Source: Ignavibacteriaceae bacterium (lineage in GTDB: Bacteria; Bacteroidota; Ignavibacteria; Ignavibacteriales; Ignavibacteriaceae). From it: a stretch of DNA of 64,000 bases. Positions 54,304-62,669 of this stretch are shown piece after piece; position 1 is the stretch's first letter, and the number at the start of each line of letters is the position of its first letter. The position numbers and the translations under genes are program-made. The DNA is taken from the NCBI GenBank assembly GCA_030584105.1, contig CP129491.1:2186503-2250502 (forward strand), read 5' to 3'. Under the pieces are notes generated by a model. The model searched no databases. It saw only the letters and a program-made list of their open reading frames with translations, and was not told the DNA's origin.

Positions 54304-55677
54304 ATGAGAACAATAATTGAGCCGTTCAAAATAAAATCCGTGGAGCCGATTCGCTTCACTACACGGGAGGAACGGGAAGAGATTCTGAAAAATGCGGGCT
54401 ACAACCCCTTTAGTATCCACGCTGATGATGTGCTGGTTGACCTGCTTACCGACAGCGGCACTTCGGCAATGAGTTCCGACCAATGGGCGGGTATTATGCT
54501 GGGTGACGAGTCTTACGCAGGCTCCAAAAGCTTTTTCAAATTTGATAACGCAGTGAAAAAAATTACCGGGTTTAAGCATGTTATACCGACACATCAGGGG
54601 CGCGCCTCCGAGAAGATTCTTTTCACAATAGTTGGTGGCGAGGGGAAGTATATCTGCAACAACACGCACTTCGATACCACGCGCGCAAATGTTGAGTACT
54701 CGCACGCAACCGCCGCTGATTTTATGACAGAAGTGGGGAAACACCCTGAAACACGGGCGGATTTTAAAGGGAATATGGATATTGCCGCACTGGAAAAATT
54801 TATTGAAGCAACCGGAGTTGAAAACATCCCGATGGTGATGATAACCGTTACAAATAACTCGGGCGGCGGGCAACCCGTTTCGATGCAAAACATCAGGGAA
54901 ACGAAAGAAGTTTGTAAAAAATATGGTATCCCTCTTTTCTTGGATGCCTGCCGGTTTGCAGAAAATGCCTATTTCATCAAGAAAAGAGAGCCCGGCTATG
55001 CGGACAAAACACCGTTGGAGATAGCCCAAGAGATGTTTTCTTATGCCGACGGCTGCACAATGAGCGCAAAAAAAGATGCCTTTGCGAACATCGGCGGATT
55101 TTTGGCTATGAACGACGACAACCTTGCGATGAACTGCCGGAACCTTCTGATTGTAACCGAAGGGTTCACCACATACGGCGGCTTGGCGGGAAGGGACCTG
55201 GAAGCAGTTGCACAGGGGTTGGAGGAAATTCTGGACGAAAATTATCTGCAGTATCGAATCCGTTGTGTTGAGTATCTTGGCGAGAAGTTGGTTAGCAACG
55301 GCGTGCCGATTCTTGAGCCGCCGGGCGGGCACGCAATCTATCTTGATGCAAGGCGGTTTGCACCTCATATACCACCACATCAATTCCCGGGGCAGTCGAT
55401 TGTTTGCGAGCTTTATTTGGATGGCGGCATCCGCTCGTGTGAAATTGGCAGCGTGATGTTCGGGCATGAAGCGCCGGATGGCTCGTTTGTTCCGGCAACG
55501 ATGGAATTGGTGCGGCTGGCAATTCCGCGCAGAGTTTACACACAAAGCCATTTTGACTATATGATTGAATCGATTATTGATGTGTATAACCGGCGCCACA
55601 CCCTGAAAGGGATGAAAATTACGGAACAGGCACCAATGTTAAGGCATTTTACGGCTAAATTTGATTATGTGGATTAA
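54304..55677 (+). CDS. tnaA: beta-eliminating lyase: tryptophanase / tyrosine phenol-lyase family
   Basis: Start moved to ATG 54304 (MRTIIEPFKIKSVEP). DLLTDSGTSAMS, PTHQGRASE, SAKKD (PLP lysine), RLAIPRRVYT and FTAKFDYV. Trp versus Tyr specificity cannot be decided by eye. Confidence 0.8.
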   Translation: MRTIIEPFKIKSVEPIRFTTREEREEILKNAGYNPFSIHADDVLVDLLTDSGTSAMSSDQWAGIMLGDESYAGSKSFFKFDNAVKKITGFKHVIPTHQGRASEKILFTIVGGEGKYICNNTHFDTTRANVEYSHATAADFMTEVGKHPETRADFKGNMDIAALEKFIEATGVENIPMVMITVTNNSGGGQPVSMQNIRETKEVCKKYGIPLFLDACRFAENAYFIKKREPGYADKTPLEIAQEMFSYADGCTMSAKKDAFANIGGFLAMNDDNLAMNCRNLLIVTEGFTTYGGLAGRDLEAVAQGLEEILDENYLQYRIRCVEYLGEKLVSNGVPILEPPGGHAIYLDARRFAPHIPPHQFPGQSIVCELYLDGGIRSCEIGSVMFGHEAPDGSFVPATMELVRLAIPRRVYTQSHFDYMIESIIDVYNRRHTLKGMKITEQAPMLRHFTAKFDYVD

Positions 55678-56659
55678 TAAAAACTTCAAAATTAAGTACC
55701 GGCAGCAGTTTAGCTCGTTAGTGTGGCGCCTGCTGATTTCAAAGGAAGGGCTGCTGCTGATTGAAGAGCGCGACCCCGGGAGGCGAACTGCACAATATCA
55801 CGCGATTGACTTGGGAAGTGGCGGGGAGGGGGCTTTTCGCGGCGATTTGGGGAGTAGTTTGCAGAGTGAGCGAGCGGGTGCTTTTGCGGGCAGTTCGCCG
55901 GGTCAGCATGCCGGTCTGCCGGCGGATTACCGTATCGTTAAGCCTGCTGCTGCTGCGACGAGTGCCCGGAAATATGGCGAGGACATGTTGACCGAGGGCT
56001 TCACCGCACCCGACGAATTTTGGTCGGGGGTGGAAGCCGTTATCGGGCGGAGGATTTACTTCCACGGCTACAGATCCGCCGGGATGCCTTTTCACAAAGG
56101 GATTTTCGTTTGGGATATTGACCGCCGGGAATATGCCTGGAAAAACGAAGAACTTGCTTGGATGTTTCTGAATGATGACGGGATTTACGCCTTTAAAAAG
56201 AAGTTTGAAACCAACGACTATTTTTTGCTTGATTATTCAACGGGCGAAATAATAAAGGAGCTTGGAAGCGAGCCGGAGGAAATTAACAAAATTGCGGAAA
56301 ATGAGGCGGAAAAGGATGATTTTTCCGATTACACCTATCCCGAGGTTTTTGTTTCTTCTTCCTACGGTGCAAACGGTTACCTTGAGAAGTTGTTTCCGCC
56401 GAATGCTGTTAAAGAAGCAGCGGAAGTATTCCAAAAAAACAGCGTTCTGTTTTTGAACATTCACTTCGGGAGTGAGAGAACCGGGTTTCAGAACGAACTG
56501 CTTGCCGTTGATTTGAAAAAAGAGAAGGTGCTAAAAAGATTTATACTGAACACGGGCACAAAAAACCTGATAGCTGAAAGCTGCTTCGCATGGAAAAACC
56601 TGCTGTTTTTGGTGATCGATAAAAAATTGATTGAGATAAGGGAAATTAAACAAATTTAA
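55661..56659 (+). CDS. hypothetical protein (possibly DUF4905-like) with low-complexity insertion
   Basis: The 332-aa ORF overlaps the lyase stop. A G/S/A-rich insert lies at c. 55815-55975. Confidence 0.5.
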   Translation: MIMWINKNFKIKYRQQFSSLVWRLLISKEGLLLIEERDPGRRTAQYHAIDLGSGGEGAFRGDLGSSLQSERAGAFAGSSPGQHAGLPADYRIVKPAAAATSARKYGEDMLTEGFTAPDEFWSGVEAVIGRRIYFHGYRSAGMPFHKGIFVWDIDRREYAWKNEELAWMFLNDDGIYAFKKKFETNDYFLLDYSTGEIIKELGSEPEEINKIAENEAEKDDFSDYTYPEVFVSSSYGANGYLEKLFPPNAVKEAAEVFQKNSVLFLNIHFGSERTGFQNELLAVDLKKEKVLKRFILNTGTKNLIAESCFAWKNLLFLVIDKKLIEIREIKQI

Positions 56660-56695
56660 CCGGGGGCAGCCTATATCAACCGGGAGAGAAAAAAA

Positions 56696-57247
56696 ATGAC
56701 TAATGAAGAGAAAAAGCTGCTTCTTGAAGCGGCTCGTAACAAAATAGAAAGGCACCTTGGTGTTACCGAAGACGCGGTTAAGTTGCCTGTTGATGGTGTT
56801 TTTGGTTCGTTCAGCGGATGTTTTGTAACGCTTACTGAGTTCGGTGAACTGCGCGGGTGTATCGGTTTCATCCAAGGGATTGAACCCTTGTGGAAAACGG
56901 TTCAGGAGGCGGCAATTCTTGCTGCAACCGAAGACCCCCGTTTTGCACCGGTTACAAAACGGGAGTGGCGCAACATTTCCGTTGAAATTTCTGTTCTTTC
57001 GCCTCCGTTTGATATGGAGAGTTACGACGATATCGTCGTCGGCAAGCACGGGTTGATAGTCCGTGAGGGTATGAGGAGCGGGCTGCTGCTGCCGCAAGTG
57101 CCCGTTGACCATAATATGAACAAAGAAGAGTTTCTGGACGCACTTTGCAGAAAAGCGGGCTTACCGCCAAAGTTGTGGACTCAGAAACAGCTTACACTTC
57201 AGGCCTTTACCGCTGAAGTTTTTTCTGAGGATGATTTTTCCGGCTGA
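56696..57247 (+). CDS. AMMECR1-domain protein (AmmeMemoRadiSam system protein A type)
   Basis: GCFVTLTEFGELRGCIG, EDPRFAPV and GLLLPQVP. Confidence 0.85.
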   Translation: MTNEEKKLLLEAARNKIERHLGVTEDAVKLPVDGVFGSFSGCFVTLTEFGELRGCIGFIQGIEPLWKTVQEAAILAATEDPRFAPVTKREWRNISVEISVLSPPFDMESYDDIVVGKHGLIVREGMRSGLLLPQVPVDHNMNKEEFLDALCRKAGLPPKLWTQKQLTLQAFTAEVFSEDDFSG

Positions 57248-57265
57248 AACGCACTGTTTTTGGGA

Positions 57266-57398
57266 CGGATTAATCACTCAAAAGGAGGATTTTCTGACAG
57301 GATAGGTCGTTTTTAGTCGGATTATCTGCTCAAAAGGAGGATTTTCCGACAGGATAGGTCGTTTTTTGTCGGATTATCTGCTCAAAAGGAGGTTTTTC
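57266..57398. repeat. 52-bp tandem repeat, 2.5 copies, each carrying the AAAGGAGG ribosome-binding sequence
   Basis: CGGATTA(A)TC(A/T)(C/G)CTCAAAAGGAGGATTTTC(T/C)GACAGGATAGGTCGTTTTT(A/T)GT starts at 57266, 57318 and 57370. The last copy ends at the MEMO ATG. Confidence 0.9.
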
Positions 57399-58409
57399 AT
57401 GTCTGAGATAAGAAAGCCGGCAGTTGCCGGAATGTTCTACCCCGGTAACCCCGAAAAATTGCAGGAGCAAATTTCGGCGCTTTTCCGGAAAGTTGGTGCG
57501 CCCGACGGAAAAGGTATCGGTGATGCCCCGGGAGGTGCTGGTGATATGCAGAGAAGTGCAGGTGCGCCGTTTCAGGGGGGTGCTGCGACACCGGCTCAGG
57601 GAAACGCGGGTGTTGTGCAGGAAAATGTTGGTGATATGCAGAGAAGTGCGGATGCGCCGTTTCAGAGAAATGTTGCTGAACCGGCTCAAGACAGCGGTAA
57701 TACTCTGCAGGGAATTATAGCCCCCCATGCCGGGTATATGTATTCGGGGCTTACGGCATCTTATGCCTATAAACCCCTTGCAGAAAAGAAATTCACAAAA
57801 GTGATCATCCTTTCGCCGAGCCACAGAGAATATTTCGGCGGCATTTCAATATACGACGGCGACGCCTGGGAAACACCCCTCGGGAAGGTGAATCTGGCGA
57901 AGGCAGTTGCCGATAAAATGATTAAAGGCGGCGCTCCGGCATTGATGAAAAGCAAAGCCGGGCACAGGGATGAACATGGGGTTGAGGTTCACCTTCCCTT
58001 TTTGCAACACATCTACGGAAACGATTTTGAGTTTGTGCCCGTGGTGATGGGAGACCAAACGGTTATAAACGCCGAAGCGCTTACCCGTGCACTTCTGGAG
58101 GTGATGGATGATGATACGCTCGTGGTGGCTTCGAGCGATCTTTCTCATTTTTATACCAAAGACGCTGCGAACGAGCTTGACTCGGTTTTTGCCCGGAGGG
58201 TTGTGCAGTACGACGCCGAAGGGCTGCAAAATGACCTTGCTGTGGGTAAAACGGAAGCGTGCGGCGCCGGGCTTGTTATCGCCATGATGAAAGCGATGAA
58301 AAGAGCCGGGGTGCGTAATTCAAAGTTGCTTCACCGCTCCGATTCCGGAGATGTAAGCGGGGATTATTCCTCGGTGGTGGGCTATCTTTCCGCTTCTTTT
58401 TATAATTAG
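57399..58409 (+). CDS. MEMO1-family protein (AmmeMemoRadiSam system protein B type) with in-frame repeat insertion
   Basis: AAGGAGG RBS before ATG 57399. RKPAVAGMFYPG, IIAPHAGYMYSG, ILSPSH, HGVEVHLPFLQ, ASSDLSH and ACGAG. Confidence 0.85.
   Translation: MSEIRKPAVAGMFYPGNPEKLQEQISALFRKVGAPDGKGIGDAPGGAGDMQRSAGAPFQGGAATPAQGNAGVVQENVGDMQRSADAPFQRNVAEPAQDSGNTLQGIIAPHAGYMYSGLTASYAYKPLAEKKFTKVIILSPSHREYFGGISIYDGDAWETPLGKVNLAKAVADKMIKGGAPALMKSKAGHRDEHGVEVHLPFLQHIYGNDFEFVPVVMGDQTVINAEALTRALLEVMDDDTLVVASSDLSHFYTKDAANELDSVFARRVVQYDAEGLQNDLAVGKTEACGAGLVIAMMKAMKRAGVRNSKLLHRSDSGDVSGDYSSVVGYLSASFYN
57540..57719. repeat. 90-bp in-frame tandem duplication inside the MEMO gene
   Basis: GGTGATATGCAGAGAAGTGC(A/G)G(G/A)TGCGCCGTTTCAG starts at 57540 and 57630. 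It encodes GDMQRSA(G/D)APFQ... twice. Confidence 0.9.
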
Positions 58410-58449
58410 CGGATTGGGGGTTGTTTGTTTTTAGGAAAAAGAGTAGTGT

Positions 58450-59466
58450 TTGATTAAAAGAGTTGCATTTATCGGAACGGGGCGGATTGCCTGGTCGCTT
58501 GCCGAAGCCTTTAAGGAAGCCGGCTACGAAGTGGTGTGCGCTATCAGCAGAACGGGCTATAACTTGATCAATTTTGCCGCCCGGTTCAGGATTGACTGCA
58601 CAATTCGGTCGTTCGATGAGATGAAAAGTGCCCTTGCAGAGCCTGCACTTGTGCTGATAGCAGTTCCCGATTCTGAAATCAGAAGTGTAGCGGAACAACT
58701 TACTGCGCTTGACCTGCCGGTTGAAGGCTCGATGTTCGTGCATCTTTCCGGCTCGAAAAACTCCGACGAGCTTTCTGCGCTTTCATCGAAGGGTGCGCTA
58801 ACGGGAACGCTGCACATCCCGCAATCCTTCCCTACAACAGACCCGATTCCGATCCGGGGGCTGCCGGCGGCGATTGAGTCGGTTTCCTCAGTGGGTGAGC
58901 GGCTGCTTTTTGAAGTGGCGCACATTTTAGGGCTTATTCCGATTAGTGTGAAGCAAGAGGGGAAAATTTTCTATCATCTGGCAGCAGTGTTTGCTTCCAA
59001 TTTTTTCCCGGTTCTGGTTGCCGATTCAATGAAAATGTTTGAAGCCGCCGGAGGTAAACGGGATGATTATTTTAAGATTTTTTCTTCCATTATCACCACA
59101 ACTTTTAACAATATCCTTCAAAATGGACCCGAAAATGCGGTTTCAGGCGTTGTCTCCCGGCGGGATGAAGAGACTATCCGGCGGCATATCTCTGCGCTTC
59201 TGGAGTTTGAGAGTCAAAAAAGAGATGTGGATTTACACGCCGGGTTGGACGAAAAGGACTTTCACCCCGGGTCGGGCAAAAAGGGTTTTAACACTGAAAA
59301 AGGCTTCAATGCTGAAACCGGCGGAAGTGGGCTTTTGGAGACCTACAAACTTCTTTCCAAACGCACCGCTGAGTTACTCGGGGTACAGTTTAACGATGAA
59401 TCGTTGTGGGAGGGCACCTTTGCAGATGGAAATGATGACGATCCACCACTAAAACCGGGCAAATAA
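58450..59466 (+). CDS. Rossmann-like / DUF2520 domain protein (putative oxidoreductase)
   Basis: TTG start. VAFIGTGRIAWSLAEAF, LIAVPDSEI and FYHLAAVFASNF. A low-complexity insert lies at c. 59215-59340. Confidence 0.6.
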   Translation: MIKRVAFIGTGRIAWSLAEAFKEAGYEVVCAISRTGYNLINFAARFRIDCTIRSFDEMKSALAEPALVLIAVPDSEIRSVAEQLTALDLPVEGSMFVHLSGSKNSDELSALSSKGALTGTLHIPQSFPTTDPIPIRGLPAAIESVSSVGERLLFEVAHILGLIPISVKQEGKIFYHLAAVFASNFFPVLVADSMKMFEAAGGKRDDYFKIFSSIITTTFNNILQNGPENAVSGVVSRRDEETIRRHISALLEFESQKRDVDLHAGLDEKDFHPGSGKKGFNTEKGFNAETGGSGLLETYKLLSKRTAELLGVQFNDESLWEGTFADGNDDDPPLKPGK

Positions 59467-59502
59467 AACAGCAAATTAAGTGAATGACTGCCTGATCCTT
59501 CT

Positions 59503-61116
59503 GTGCCAAAAACGGATACTCATGTGAATAAACGCCCGGTTGCAAAAATTTTATACGGCAACGGCTTCCCTTCCGGAGGGGCTGCAACGAAAAGGTGCCT
59601 GCACATCGCCAAAGGCTTCGCTGAAAACGGCTTCGATGTGGAAGTGTTGATTTTCCGACCTACCGAGCGCCCAAATCGAATCGAGAACCGCCTGCCCGAA
59701 GGCACTTTTGAGGGGGTGCGCTTCAAATATGTTACAAAATCGATGATTTGGCCCCCCGGGCTGCTTGGCAGAATTGTTAAATATTATTCGGGGCTGCTTC
59801 GGCTGAGGTCATACCTTAAGAAAATTCATAAAACTAAGCCCCTCGATTTGTTGGTTTCTGCAAATTATTACGGATATTTATCAGCCCGGAGTGCCACCGG
59901 TTTTTGCAGGAAACGGGGTATTCCCTCCGTGATTTTTCAGGATGAATACCCGGGTTTTATCCTTAATTCTTCCGTGAAGTTCCGGGCACTGAACAGGCGG
60001 ATTATACTCGGTTTAATGCGAAAATTCACCATTATTGCCGTTATTTCCGACGAGCTTTTTAACTTTTGGAATAATGCGTTACACGGCAGGCACCTGAAGG
60101 AGGAAGTGGCGACGCTTCGTGCCGAGCTCCCGGAAATTTCGGATGAAGAATTACTCAGCGGGTGCCCCCACGGAGAAGAAAAAAACGCCCCGGCACTTTT
60201 CAATTCGGCGCCATCACCGCAGGGGTTAAATCCTCAGGGATTTTCCGGCGAAACCCATCCCTTTTACGAGTCGGCAAAAAACATAGTTAAAGTTGGGCTG
60301 ACGGCTGCACTTCCGGATGGAATCCTGCTCAGCAAAAAATATGATTTTGGCTATTTTTTCTTCACCGGCTTCACTAAAATGCGATTTTTCTCCGAAGATA
60401 TTCGAAAAGATGAACCGGAGGTGTTGATTCAAGCCTTTACTTTAGTTCTTAAAAGACATCCGGAAATAAAACTTGTCATCGGTGGCGATCGCGATGAAGA
60501 ATTGGTCGAATATTGCGCTCAGATGGGTATTTCCGATTCGGTTTTGTTTGCCGGAAAACTGCCCGAAAACGAGTATTTTTCAGCAATCAGATATTCGCTT
60601 GCGGCAGTTTTGCCCCGCCCCGATACACTTCAGACAAAAGCAAGCGTACCCTACAGGCTTGGGGATTACCTCATCGCCGGCGCCAAAGTCATCTCCTCCG
60701 ATGTTGGCGAAATTAAAAAAATTGCCGGAAGTTTGGAGAGCCGGGCGACCCAACTACCTGAAACCGATAAAAAGGCGGCGGTGAAGCGGGGTGAGAATAC
60801 TTATAGCGAGACATCCGAACTGCCTGGAAATGTAGAAATGATTTCGTTCTATCAGCCCGGAAATGCTGAAGACCTTTCTGAAAAAATGTGCCGGGTTATT
60901 GAAGAAAGGGAACAGCCCGGCGATGCGGTTTCATGGGAAAATCTGTCTTCTATTGATGGGGAACCCACACCGGGTAACCGTTCTTTTTCGGAGGGTGGGC
61001 TTTCCGATGCAAAAGCCTCTGCAACAAATTATTTACAATGGGCTTTTGAGCCAAAAAGCGCACTTATTCCTTTGGTATCGAGGCTGGCTGAGTATCTTTC
61101 CCTGAAGAAAAATTAA
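59503..61116 (+). CDS. GT-B glycosyltransferase (GT4/GT1-like) with long insertions
   Basis: GTG start, with an alternative GTG at 59524. NGFPSGGAATKR N-terminus and a C-terminal KLVIGGDRDEEL...GKLPENEY...PYRLGDYLIAGAKVISSDVGE region. Confidence 0.55.
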   Translation: MPKTDTHVNKRPVAKILYGNGFPSGGAATKRCLHIAKGFAENGFDVEVLIFRPTERPNRIENRLPEGTFEGVRFKYVTKSMIWPPGLLGRIVKYYSGLLRLRSYLKKIHKTKPLDLLVSANYYGYLSARSATGFCRKRGIPSVIFQDEYPGFILNSSVKFRALNRRIILGLMRKFTIIAVISDELFNFWNNALHGRHLKEEVATLRAELPEISDEELLSGCPHGEEKNAPALFNSAPSPQGLNPQGFSGETHPFYESAKNIVKVGLTAALPDGILLSKKYDFGYFFFTGFTKMRFFSEDIRKDEPEVLIQAFTLVLKRHPEIKLVIGGDRDEELVEYCAQMGISDSVLFAGKLPENEYFSAIRYSLAAVLPRPDTLQTKASVPYRLGDYLIAGAKVISSDVGEIKKIAGSLESRATQLPETDKKAAVKRGENTYSETSELPGNVEMISFYQPGNAEDLSEKMCRVIEEREQPGDAVSWENLSSIDGEPTPGNRSFSEGGLSDAKASATNYLQWAFEPKSALIPLVSRLAEYLSLKKN

Positions 61117-62611
61117 CCCCCGAAACCTCACTGTAAATTTGCAGTAACCGGTTTACTATTTCTGTGTTATTGTGTCTTTTTAGAGCGGTTTTTCTGCCAT
61201 TTTCAGCAATTTGGCGCCGCAAATCTCCATTTTCGATTAGTTTGATAATCAGCCCGGCAAGCTCTTTGTGATCCCCTTTTTTGTACAGTAATCCCGTTTT
61301 TCCATCCTCAATTATCGAAGAAGTGCCCCCGGCATTTGCACCGATTACGGGCAGCCCCAAACATTGAGCCTCACAAATTGCGTTCGAGGGATTTTCGATG
61401 TAGGAAGTGTGGACATAAATATCCGCGTCTTTCATTGCGTTGCAAAGCTCTCCGCTTCCGATTCTTCCGAGGAAAATAATTCTGTCCCAAAACGGCAGAT
61501 TGCCTGCTTTTTCTTCCGAAATTTTTGTTTCTGTTTTTCCGATAAAGCCTGTTTTTTCCTGAAATTCGCCCGAAACCTTAAAACTGACCATATCTTCCGA
61601 ATGCTTTTTGCCAACATCCTCATTTAAACTCATATTAACCAAATCAATCTCACGGAATAATTCAGAATAGATTTTCACCATTTTTGAGGTTTCATTAAGC
61701 CCTGCAATCTGCCATTTGAAATTCACCCCTGTCTGTTCCAATAAAAACGCAGTTCTGAACAGAAGGTCTAAACCTTTGTAGTATTCCTCGTGAATGGTAG
61801 TGTGCAAAACCACACGGGTGGTTAGATTTTCACCGGCACCGCCGCTTCCTGCTTTTCCGGCACCAACAACAACTCCCGCCCCTGCACCACCCCCATCCAA
61901 AAATTCCTCCCGGATTGGGTCATCAAGGTGAAAAAACCGCCGGTTGGGGTTCATTTCACCCGAAAACTGAAAGTCGAAATCGGTGCTTCCGAGAACGGTT
62001 GAAGCCTTTTCAAGAAGCGCCACTTCCCTTTTCGCAGCCTTTTTCGCCAACAGATACCGGAACAAAACGCCGCCGGAAAGCAGATCAAAAATGCCGGCTT
62101 TTGCAACCACCCGTCCAAGCGTGTGCCCGCCAAAATAAACCGGAAGAAGCGTGGTAAGCAGCCCCTGAATCTGAATAATTGCAGGCTTTTTCTGCTGAAG
62201 TGCGGCAAGCCCAAAAACCGACTCGGTGCCGAACACATGTATCAGGTCGGGGTTAACCTCTTCGATAACCCTCAGAACCGCCCTAATCTCGCGCCGGGTG
62301 TGCACAATCAGAAGCACCCTCCGGAGAAACCGGCGCCACTTCCCGCTTCTTGGCAGTTGCAGATAGGTGGTTGCGCCTCTGACGGTTCGCCGGATTTCTC
62401 CCCCCTCACTGAAAAATGTGATGTGAAGCCGGGTTTCAGGCGAGTGAGTGTTCACTAATTTTTGAAGTGCCGCCAACCAGCTTTCGTTCGTAACCTCCGA
62501 GCCGGTAAGCTCTTCGGTAAGTAGTGCCGGCGTGTTCGTAAGCCACAACACACGGCGCACCTGGGAATTATCGATCATCAAATGGCAAAAATCTTTATTG
62601 TTCAGGAACAA
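61064..62611 (-). CDS. GT-B glycosyltransferase (GT4 family)
   Basis: NAICEAQCLGLPVIGANAGGTSSIIEDGKTGLLY is a classic GT4 EX7E region. It carries Gly-rich and K/E-rich insertions, and its 3' end overlaps the convergent GT gene by 53 bp. Confidence 0.7.
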   Translation of the reverse strand: MFLNNKDFCHLMIDNSQVRRVLWLTNTPALLTEELTGSEVTNESWLAALQKLVNTHSPETRLHITFFSEGGEIRRTVRGATTYLQLPRSGKWRRFLRRVLLIVHTRREIRAVLRVIEEVNPDLIHVFGTESVFGLAALQQKKPAIIQIQGLLTTLLPVYFGGHTLGRVVAKAGIFDLLSGGVLFRYLLAKKAAKREVALLEKASTVLGSTDFDFQFSGEMNPNRRFFHLDDPIREEFLDGGGAGAGVVVGAGKAGSGGAGENLTTRVVLHTTIHEEYYKGLDLLFRTAFLLEQTGVNFKWQIAGLNETSKMVKIYSELFREIDLVNMSLNEDVGKKHSEDMVSFKVSGEFQEKTGFIGKTETKISEEKAGNLPFWDRIIFLGRIGSGELCNAMKDADIYVHTSYIENPSNAICEAQCLGLPVIGANAGGTSSIIEDGKTGLLYKKGDHKELAGLIIKLIENGDLRRQIAENGRKTALKRHNNTEIVNRLLQIYSEVSGVNFSSGKDTQPASIPKE

Positions 62612-62669
62612 TATATTAATTTTGTACGATGATTAAAGAAAAAAATAAGCCCTCGACGGCTCTTTCCTG

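Noticed and set aside
54271-55599. 442-aa ORF on the minus strand
   Set aside because: It lies fully antisense to the strongly conserved beta-eliminating lyase gene and is low-complexity and Arg/Cys-rich. This is a typical shadow ORF of a codon-biased gene.
61064-61116. 53-bp overlap of the 3' ends of two convergent glycosyltransferase genes as a special feature
   Set aside because: Both stops are fixed by sequence, but the C-terminal tails are unconserved-looking. A plain overlap or a slightly mis-sized tail is the simplest reading, so it was not pursued.
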